From IMG/VR virus record IMGVR_UViG_3300010167_000022: a stretch of DNA of 64,000 nucleotides. The stretch is one strand, 5' to 3'. Positions 57,777 to 64,000 of this stretch are shown here, in pieces. The position numbers were made by a program, and so were the translations under genes. Each line of letters opens with the position of its first letter. Within the stretch, counting starts at the first letter, position 1. Source of the DNA: a virus. Under the pieces are notes generated by a model, which worked only from the letters and a program-made list of their open reading frames with translations, was not told the origin of the DNA and ran no database searches.

Positions 57777-58107
57777 TATTAATCTCATTACTATGCTTAT
57801 AACATCTGCGCCAGCTATCAGATATTGTGCTATGCATGACTTTCTGCATAATTTTTAGGTCGTCATATCCAACAATATTTATCAGTTCGTTTAGTAGGCT
57901 CGCATATTCTTCTGGCTTAGCCTTAACTGTATTTTCTAGATAATACGAATAACTTGCTTCATTATGCTGACCGCAATGTTCATAACATAATATTCTATCA
58001 TAGGCAACTTCCTCTCCAGGAAAGAAAGCTACAATTCCATCGCCTGCTAATTTTTTATAGTCCTTGTGCTTTCTAAATATAACCTTAGTCATAATCCAAC
58101 ACCTCAT
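57772..58107 (-). CDS. hypothetical protein
   Basis: ORF 111 aa. Confidence 0.5.
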   Translation of the reverse strand: MRCWIMTKVIFRKHKDYKKLAGDGIVAFFPGEEVAYDRILCYEHCGQHNEASYSYYLENTVKAKPEEYASLLNELINIVGYDDLKIMQKVMHSTISDSWRRCYKHSNEINI

Positions 58108-58112
58108 TATTT

Positions 58113-58574
58113 TTAAAACTTATACTTTGAGAAGTTATAACCTTTATCAATTAAAATCATTAATTCATCTTGCGTTGCATTAAATATAAATAACATATCT
58201 TGGCTGTTAATTCCAATTAGAGAACATTTATTGTTATCATTAGCCAACGATACATAATTATTTGTAATATCATAAATATTATAAACATAATCTTTCTCAA
58301 AATTTTCATCTGATTTTTTTGAAATAGCAATATTATATCGTTTATTGTCTGCCATTTCCACTATATCAAACATCTCATCATTAAAAGACCAATTATCATT
58401 ATCTTCTAAAACATGATATATAGTATCTAGATGTTCAACACTAGAAATTGTTAATACCTTATTCTTTAACTTGTTCATTTTAGAACCAAAATACAATTTC
58501 CCCCTACCATAAAAATTATGTGGAACAATATCATCTTTAATTTTTACCTTGTCTCCAAATTTAAATATTGGCAT
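58113..58574 (-). CDS. hypothetical protein
   Basis: ORF 153 aa. Confidence 0.5.
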   Translation of the reverse strand: MPIFKFGDKVKIKDDIVPHNFYGRGKLYFGSKMNKLKNKVLTISSVEHLDTIYHVLEDNDNWSFNDEMFDIVEMADNKRYNIAISKKSDENFEKDYVYNIYDITNNYVSLANDNNKCSLIGINSQDMLFIFNATQDELMILIDKGYNFSKYKF

Positions 58575-58605
58575 ATAATACTCTCCTTTTATTTTTTACA
58601 AATAT

Positions 58606-58633
58606 TTTAATAAAAGAGTGTTTCTATTTAAAT
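58606..58633. promoter_or_regulatory. PeSL-like palindromic intergenic element
   Basis: ttttaataaaagagtgtttctatttaaa. Confidence 0.55.
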
Positions 58634-58914
58634 TATTTCTGAATCTCTCCGCTGACATGAACAAGTATTTTCCCGTTATCAGCAACTCCTACTGTTTTAT
58701 AATCAATCCAATGCAAATCATATTCATTATCAATTAATTTATCTGATAAAAAATCAATACAATCCTCAAATTCCAATTGAACTAAATCGGCAATCCATAC
58801 AGCCACAACACCTTCTACTATATCGCCACATTCCATTTTTTCAATTTCATCATTTGGTATAGGCGAATCTAATACAATATATTCTTTGTTAATAAACTTA
58901 AACATATATATCAC
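58633..58914 (-). CDS. hypothetical protein (GTG start)
   Basis: ORF 93 aa; 4-nt overlap with the upstream gene. Confidence 0.45.
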   Translation of the reverse strand: MIYMFKFINKEYIVLDSPIPNDEIEKMECGDIVEGVVAVWIADLVQLEFEDCIDFLSDKLIDNEYDLHWIDYKTVGVADNGKILVHVSGEIQK

Positions 58915-59282
58915 TCCTTATTAATATATCTATAAATAAAGTCTACAGCTTGCGCCTCAGTTATGACTGTTTCTTCTAACTCATAATCACCAAATCCTGT
59001 GCATTCGAATATACATTCAGCAATAACTCCGTTTGAGCATTTTTTATATTCTTTAATTAGTTCATCTAATGACTCATAATATCCAACTACATATGATTCA
59101 ATTTCTTCTTCGCTGTATTCTTCAATGTCAATTGTGTCGGCAACTATTGTCCATGTGTTGTTTGAAATCTCTATTACCTGTATCATTGCGAAAACAGTTG
59201 CACTTAGCTTTTTTTGATACTGATAATCGCTTGCGTCAGTACAAGTCCATCCGTTCATATAGTTTTTTAATAAATTAATCAT
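58911..59282 (-). CDS. hypothetical protein
   Basis: ORF 123 aa. Confidence 0.5.
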   Translation of the reverse strand: MINLLKNYMNGWTCTDASDYQYQKKLSATVFAMIQVIEISNNTWTIVADTIDIEEYSEEEIESYVVGYYESLDELIKEYKKCSNGVIAECIFECTGFGDYELEETVITEAQAVDFIYRYINKE

Positions 59283-59297
59283 AGTACTACCCCATAT

Positions 59298-59325
59298 TTT
59301 AATAGAACAGAGTTTCTATTTAAAC
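59298..59325. promoter_or_regulatory. PeSL-like palindromic intergenic element
   Basis: ttttaatagaacagagtttctatttaaa. Confidence 0.55.
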
Positions 59326-59327
59326 TT

Positions 59328-59696
59328 TTAATATTCTTCTTTACACTTACCATTATTAAACACCCATTTCCATATCTCACCATTTTCACCTTCCATCTTG
59401 ATATATGAATCGTTCTCAACGGCAGGTGCTATTGCGTTAAAAATTTGCTCATCTTCACCTAGTTTATCTCCAGTAAATTCAATAGAGACAATATTACCAT
59501 CATTGTCTTCCTCAACGATCCAGCGGCACTCCTCGATAGCATCAGTTAAGTTATCTGCATGCATTACCATACTTGGTATTACCCAATACATACGTTCTTT
59601 ATCTTCCACGAACTTTTTTAGAAGTGCCAATGCCTTGTCTTTATTTGCACTAATGATTTTAAAACTACTATCTTGCATATACATGCAATAACCCAT
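59328..59696 (-). CDS. hypothetical protein
   Basis: ORF 122 aa. Confidence 0.5.
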   Translation of the reverse strand: MGYCMYMQDSSFKIISANKDKALALLKKFVEDKERMYWVIPSMVMHADNLTDAIEECRWIVEEDNDGNIVSIEFTGDKLGEDEQIFNAIAPAVENDSYIKMEGENGEIWKWVFNNGKCKEEY

Positions 59697-59733
59697 AATC
59701 GTTACCTCCAGCGTTGGTCGCTACCAGTTATAT

Positions 59734-59761
59734 TTTAATAAAACGTAGTTTCTATTTAAAT
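59734..59761. promoter_or_regulatory. PeSL-like palindromic intergenic element
   Basis: ttttaataaaacgtagtttctatttaaa. Confidence 0.55.
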
Positions 59762-59937
59762 TCTATATCTTTATCCATATCATTTTCATCAAGTTCAAGT
59801 GCATTAACTAATTCTTGCTTTGACTCTATTGGATATGGTGTATTCAGCGACCATCCTAAATCAATAGCAAAAATATCTGCTTGTGAATTCTCAATAGCTG
59901 ATAGTATATGAGACACAGCCACCCCATTTTGAATCAT
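59752..59937 (-). CDS. hypothetical protein; the open frame continues upstream to about 60067 with a GAGGTG RBS but only non-ATG (ATT/ATA) candidate starts
   Basis: track ORF 61 aa from the first ATG; upstream in-frame sequence is IIKIREALNDDTISF... Confidence 0.4.
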   Translation of the reverse strand: MIQNGVAVSHILSAIENSQADIFAIDLGWSLNTPYPIESKQELVNALELDENDMDKDIEFK

Positions 59938-60084
59938 TTCTATAATATATTGTTCTATAATGTCTCTGCTATTAATACCATCTAAATATCCTGTTTCAGT
60001 TTGGTTTATAGCATTGAAAAAATCTATAAAACTAATAGTATCATCATTTAATGCTTCACGTATCTTAATAATTACACCTCAATA

Positions 60085-60357
60085 CTATACTCTAATATTT
60101 AGCAATTCAATATGCACATCTCTTAGCTCATATCGAGTGTCATCAATAATTAAATATGTTCTATTTTTTACCTTCTTAATAATTCCATCAATACTACCAG
60201 TCATAGGAAGACCATGACTAAGGAATTTCCATGTGTTACTACATTTTGTATCAATCTCCATATAATATTTGTTATACTCATTTGTGCCTTTTAGTTTATC
60301 GCTTGCTTCACGGATTTTATTAATTTCACTAGCCGATATAGTTTTCATACATATCAC
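60085..60357 (-). CDS. hypothetical protein
   Basis: ORF 90 aa. Confidence 0.45.
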   Translation of the reverse strand: MICMKTISASEINKIREASDKLKGTNEYNKYYMEIDTKCSNTWKFLSHGLPMTGSIDGIIKKVKNRTYLIIDDTRYELRDVHIELLNIRV

Positions 60358-60377
60358 TCCAATTATTTTTTTTGCTA

Positions 60378-60725
60378 TTATTCAATAATATAATATCCTG
60401 CTTTAGCCATAAATCTTTTCGCATCACTCCAACTACATATTCCATCCATTCTATTATCTGCATTCCCTAAACATACAAGTTTATCCCATGTAGTATTTTC
60501 TAATCTCCAACTACCATATCTAAGACAAAAACGATAGGAATAACCATTAATATCATGAAACATAAATACAGACGGGCATCCATCGCATATCCTCTTTACA
60601 TAGCCACAAATATAAATTTCATCATTTGAATCTCTTATATTACTTGAATCTTTTATATTCGCTAGAAACAGCGTTATTATATCATCTTTATTCATTTGTT
60701 CTAAAAATTCTCTTGAATACATTTT
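60378..60725 (-). CDS. hypothetical protein (start at MYSREFLEQ after a GGAGG RBS)
   Basis: the track's extension overlaps the upstream gene. Confidence 0.5.
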   Translation of the reverse strand, partial: KMYSREFLEQMNKDDIITLFLANIKDSSNIRDSNDEIYICGYVKRICDGCPSVFMFHDINGYSYRFCLRYGSWRLENTTWDKLVCLGNADNRMDGICSWSDAKRFMAKAGYYIIE

Positions 60726-60760
60726 AAACCTCCATTTGTTATATTTTATTATATATATTT

Positions 60761-61051
60761 TTACACATGAAATGCAATAACACCATTTATTAATACTGGG
60801 AGCGATATATGATAATACCAATCGTATCCAGAATCTTTCATAATTGCTTCTACAATGTCACATAAATCATCTTTGTCGCTATCGTTATCATATTCAATTA
60901 TATGCTTATTTCTATTTATAACTTCGCGCATAGTATCATACACTGACGATACATTGGCATTTACTCTTACCCATATGTGGCAGAACCCATCATCTTCATA
61001 TTCATAAGTGCTTTTAAATATGAATCCTATAAGTATTAATTGATCGTCCAT
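60761..61051 (-). CDS. hypothetical protein
   Basis: ORF 96 aa. Confidence 0.45.
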   Translation of the reverse strand: MDDQLILIGFIFKSTYEYEDDGFCHIWVRVNANVSSVYDTMREVINRNKHIIEYDNDSDKDDLCDIVEAIMKDSGYDWYYHISLPVLINGVIAFHV

Positions 61052-61070
61052 ATTTACCTCACATTATATA

Positions 61071-61742
61071 CTATGCTGTTCTATATCCTACGCCGCTTTT
61101 AGTCTTAGACTCGATAATTTTCCCATCTGCTAATAACGCAATAAATAATTCATTGATATACAGCAATTCTATGTCGCTACTAGCCCGCCCAATATTACAG
61201 TCTATCCGTTTAACTCTGAATTTTTCTCTTATATTTTCTAGTGGCTTCCATGTTGCAGTAATATAAAGATTTTTACGCTTTGTTTTAAACTGATTGATAA
61301 TTTCATTTTCAATATCACTTTTCTTAGCCTCAAGATATGCATAATATTCTTCGTCAGACATATCATGTAGAACGCCATAGATATATGTCTCTTGATACAC
61401 AAAGAATTGTCCATTTGACAGTATTTGTTCGACTTCTTTAATTAGCCCAATTTCAACAGCTCCACCTACTTCCATCGGGTGAAGGTATAATTTGCTTTTT
61501 CCTTTAATAGCATTTGGACATGATGATGAAAATCTAGCAAGTGTTATTGTCCATCCAGCATCTATAAATATTTGTTGTATTTCTTTATTAAATCCTTCTA
61601 TAGATTCAGACGAACATCCTTGCCAACCGCTACCCCACTTATAGCCACTATCTATTCTAAAATGTACATTCCTATAATATTCCATATTATCCCAACTTTC
61701 TAATATTTTAATAGAAGACAGCTTTGATTCAAACTCAATCAC
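61071..61742 (-). CDS. hypothetical protein
   Basis: ORF 223 aa. Confidence 0.5.
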   Translation of the reverse strand: MIEFESKLSSIKILESWDNMEYYRNVHFRIDSGYKWGSGWQGCSSESIEGFNKEIQQIFIDAGWTITLARFSSSCPNAIKGKSKLYLHPMEVGGAVEIGLIKEVEQILSNGQFFVYQETYIYGVLHDMSDEEYYAYLEAKKSDIENEIINQFKTKRKNLYITATWKPLENIREKFRVKRIDCNIGRASSDIELLYINELFIALLADGKIIESKTKSGVGYRTA

Positions 61743-62160
61743 CTAGACGGAATTCAATGCTTCTCAGCAAATTATCAACAAGAGTGATATACTTTCCATC
61801 ATCAGCAGGAATATCAAAGTTATATTCTGTAGATACATCATAAATCGCATCATGTATTGAGTAGTCCGCAGTACCTTCATTGTCTAAAAGTTTATTAAAA
61901 ACTATATTACTTATGCATTCGAAGCATTGCTCATCTGTCAAAATATTGCTTGTCGGCGTTTGAACAACAATGCTATTTCCATTCATAATAAGCATTATCA
62001 AGCCAACACCAGCCCTTACAAGTGTACATTGCGAACTACTTTTTTCAAGGCAAGTCCACTTATTTCCGAGCTTGTCTATCGCTTCTGAGATTTCTAATCC
62101 AATGAGTTGACTTGCTGTATTGTTTGTCATATCGTCAGAATTACTTAAAAAATCGTTCAT
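61735..62160 (-). CDS. hypothetical protein
   Basis: ORF 141 aa; 8-nt overlap. Confidence 0.5.
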   Translation of the reverse strand: MNDFLSNSDDMTNNTASQLIGLEISEAIDKLGNKWTCLEKSSSQCTLVRAGVGLIMLIMNGNSIVVQTPTSNILTDEQCFECISNIVFNKLLDNEGTADYSIHDAIYDVSTEYNFDIPADDGKYITLVDNLLRSIEFRLGD

Positions 62161-62200
62161 ATATACACCCCATCAATTGTAATTTCTATTCAAATATAGG

Positions 62201-62440
62201 TTATGTTATTGCATAATTGATTCTATTCCCATCTTCAAACGCAACATCAAACCCAAAATATTCAAACAGTTTAGCTACATCGCTTATGCATGTTCTTGTT
62301 GATCCTGCTTTTTCATATTCGTTGGCACACATACAAAAAACATTCATATTATGTATTGTGAGTTTATGCTTTTTCATGAAGTCGCAGTTGTCTTTATTTG
62401 TGTAATCCTTTATAAGTTTGCGCCATGCTTTTTTATTCAT
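62201..62440 (-). CDS. hypothetical protein
   Basis: ORF 79 aa. Confidence 0.45.
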   Translation of the reverse strand: MNKKAWRKLIKDYTNKDNCDFMKKHKLTIHNMNVFCMCANEYEKAGSTRTCISDVAKLFEYFGFDVAFEDGNRINYAIT

Positions 62441-62454
62441 ATTGTCCCTCCAAA

Positions 62455-62482
62455 TTTTAATAGAATATACTTTCTATTCAAA
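62455..62482. promoter_or_regulatory. PeSL-like palindromic intergenic element
   Basis: ttttaatagaatatactttctattcaaa. Confidence 0.55.
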
Positions 62483-62728
62483 CTTACTATCATATTCGTT
62501 GTCATCATCTTCGCATTGAAATACAATATGATTAATATTTAATATAATATTATGTATGCTTGTTGTAGCGTCTGCTAGTTGATAACTATTTACATAGTCA
62601 AACTGTTTTCCATCAATATTTTCAAATGCAATGTCTACTAAAATTTCGAGCAATTCTTTATTTATACCTTTCATGCGTTCAATAATTTTTTCACGACTTG
62701 TTTCTTTAGCATATTCTGTTTCAGTCAT
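62474..62728 (-). CDS. hypothetical acidic protein
   Basis: ORF 84 aa. Confidence 0.45.
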   Translation of the reverse strand: MTETEYAKETSREKIIERMKGINKELLEILVDIAFENIDGKQFDYVNSYQLADATTSIHNIILNINHIVFQCEDDDNEYDSKFE

Positions 62729-62748
62729 ATTCGTTGCCTCCTAATATT

Positions 62749-62776
62749 TTTTAATAAAATGTATTTTCTATTTAAA
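62749..62776. promoter_or_regulatory. PeSL-like palindromic intergenic element
   Basis: ttttaataaaatgtattttctatttaaa. Confidence 0.55.
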
Positions 62777-62813
62777 TTCTGCTCCGTTTACAATTATATA
62801 TATAGAATTAACT

Positions 62814-62952
62814 ACTACAGAAATCCAAAACCATTCACCAAATGTTGTTTTGATGTGTCAAACATAGCAACAATAATCACATTCCAAAGAAAAAGTAGTG
62901 TTAATGGCTCAATTAATAACGCTACTAATAACCACTTCAAAAAACTAGGCAT
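62814..62952 (-). CDS. small membrane protein, about 45 aa (coordinates approximate)
   Basis: manual: GGAGCTG RBS; MPSFLKWLLVALLIEPLTLLFLWNVIIVAMF... Confidence 0.3.
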
Positions 62953-62978
62953 AATTATCAGCTCCTATTATTTGCTTA

Positions 62979-63221
62979 TTAATATTCAATTACTTCATAA
63001 AGTTCTAATATTCTCCATTCATCCTCATATAATTCTCCACTGGCTACGGCATTTCGCACATTATTTTCATTCATACCATAGAAGAATATCTGTTCATCTG
63101 AATATCCTATAGGCAAATTATGCCATGAATTGCATTCGGCAATCAAAGTATGAATTGTATCTCCTGTATCGTCTCCCCATTGAACATTAACACTAAATAG
63201 TTTCATATTAAATTCCTCCAA
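62979..63221 (-). CDS. hypothetical protein
   Basis: ORF 80 aa. Confidence 0.45.
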   Translation of the reverse strand: MEEFNMKLFSVNVQWGDDTGDTIHTLIAECNSWHNLPIGYSDEQIFFYGMNENNVRNAVASGELYEDEWRILELYEVIEY

Positions 63222-63225
63222 TATA

Positions 63226-63711
63226 CTATAATATTTTATTAAATTTTAAATGTTTCCATCCTAAATATTTGTATAACTTTTTAAATTCATTTATACTATC
63301 ACACTTATAAATATCATATTCATCATAGCGATTAATATCATCATCATTTATATTAAATTCATCTAATACATCATTAATAGTATTTAATATTCCTCTTGCA
63401 TCAATATATTTATCTTCTCTCTTTAAGAAACAATGCATCAAACAAATACGATTAATATCTTCATCATATTCAGTTACAATGATAAATATATCGCCATCTT
63501 GATATTTTTTTAATGCATATTCATCGCAACGTCCATGTAGATAATCATTATATATATCATCAACTTTAACATCTATATAACATTCACATATTGGACATAC
63601 CGCATACCAATCATATCCATAACATTTCAAGTTTACGTATTTAAACTCATAATTGCACTCATTGCATAATACTATATTATTAGAATCAGCATCAAATAAT
63701 ATATTGTTCAT
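63226..63711 (-). CDS. Cys-rich hypothetical protein (start at MNNILFD after a GAGGTG RBS)
   Basis: the track ORF begins at a TTG inside the RBS region. Confidence 0.5.
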   Translation of the reverse strand: MNNILFDADSNNIVLCNECNYEFKYVNLKCYGYDWYAVCPICECYIDVKVDDIYNDYLHGRCDEYALKKYQDGDIFIIVTEYDEDINRICLMHCFLKREDKYIDARGILNTINDVLDEFNINDDDINRYDEYDIYKCDSINEFKKLYKYLGWKHLKFNKIL

Positions 63712-63737
63712 ATTTAACCATCCACACCTCAATAAAA

Positions 63738-63765
63738 TTTTAATAGAATCGTACTTCTATTCAAA
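63738..63765. promoter_or_regulatory. PeSL-like palindromic intergenic element
   Basis: ttttaatagaatcgtacttctattcaaa. Confidence 0.55.
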
Positions 63766-63767
63766 GT

Positions 63768-64000
63768 TAAACGCTATATCTATATAATGTTATATCACAA
63801 TCAGTAAGTGTTTCTTCAATCATTTTTGATACGATATCCCAATCGCCACCTGCTAATGCACAACTCATCATATATGGTATTGCTACAGTATTTCCTATTG
63901 CTATAATATTTAATTTCTTTAAACATAACCTTAACGCATCATAATCTGTGTGACATCTATTGCCACCAAATTCATCTTGTCCAAATAAATTGCATATATA
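63768..64000 (-). CDS. partial CDS (C-terminal part; N-terminus beyond the window end), possibly macro-domain-like
   Basis: manual translation ...IAIGNTVAIPYMMSCALAGGDWDIVSKMIEETL...YRYSV*; weak resemblance to the macro-domain C-terminal region. Confidence 0.3.

Noticed and set aside
2099-62542. All plus-strand ORFs in the track (for example 2099..2362, 12654..13115, 17178..17645, 39652..39939, 50430..50768, 55824..56120, 62759..63112)
   Set aside because: Each lies antisense inside, or overlapping, a longer minus-strand gene with clear SD sites. They are low-complexity AT-rich shadow frames with no RBS, and the coding signal (paralog conservation, motifs) is all on the minus strand.
15412-63732. 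Track N-terminal extensions of several genes (15412..15687, 38475..38828, 39335..40357, 42892..43242, 47682..48101, 51716..52045, 60378..60821, 63226..63732)
   Set aside because: The extensions read through intergenic hairpins or palindromes, or overlap the upstream gene. An internal ATG with a canonical GGAGG-type RBS gives the sensible start in each case.
37844-63765. The palindromic element as an intrinsic terminator or an ordinary sigma70 promoter
   Set aside because: The stem is almost pure A/T and is followed by an A-run, not a U-tract, on the transcribed sense. There is no TAnnnT at fixed spacing, and the element is unlike the bona fide TTGACA/TATAAT promoters present elsewhere in the window.
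37844-63765. The small-ORF plus palindrome array as an integron cassette array (attC sites)
   Set aside because: No IntI-type integrase or attI is adjacent. The only integrase is tRNA-targeting and 25 kb away. The palindromes are far shorter and more uniform than attC sites. The analogy is kept only at the level of modular shuffling.

Overview
This window looks like one AT-rich (roughly 70% A+T by eye) accessory/early block of a large phage of a low-GC Gram-positive host. It carries about 135 tightly packed genes, essentially all on the minus strand, and most are small ORFans. Shine-Dalgarno sites of the GGAGG type are clear throughout; the plus-strand ORFs in the track read as antisense shadows. 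Recognisable genes: a free-standing GIY-YIG nuclease; a five-gene NAD+ island (PncA-like nicotinamidase, Prs/Adps-like PRPP-synthetase homologue, NAMPT/NadV, NADAR-domain protein, NadE); a tyrosine integrase with a putative excisionase, a 3' tRNA-Gln(UUG) fragment likely to be the attP core, and a bidirectional terminator; a CCA-adding enzyme, an Rnl2-type RNA ligase and a deoxyribosyltransferase-like protein; an FtsK/SpoIIIE motor ATPase flanked by ParB-fold (DUF262) proteins and a possible recombinase-fold protein; MazG; an SPFH lipoprotein with its own terminator. Striking non-coding signals: a 28-bp palindrome, TTTTAATAGAA-N6-TTCTATTnAAA, in at least 23 good copies between small genes, mostly in 37-64 kb; a family of near-consensus TTGACA-N17-TATAAT promoters sharing a conserved spacer; a GC-rich hairpin element in three copies and both orientations; and an in-frame 24-bp tandem repeat array (about 18 units) encoding an 8-residue repeat protein. 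Several small-protein paralog families point to cassette duplication and shuffling. Functional calls rest on motif-level recognition by eye only; no searches were run.
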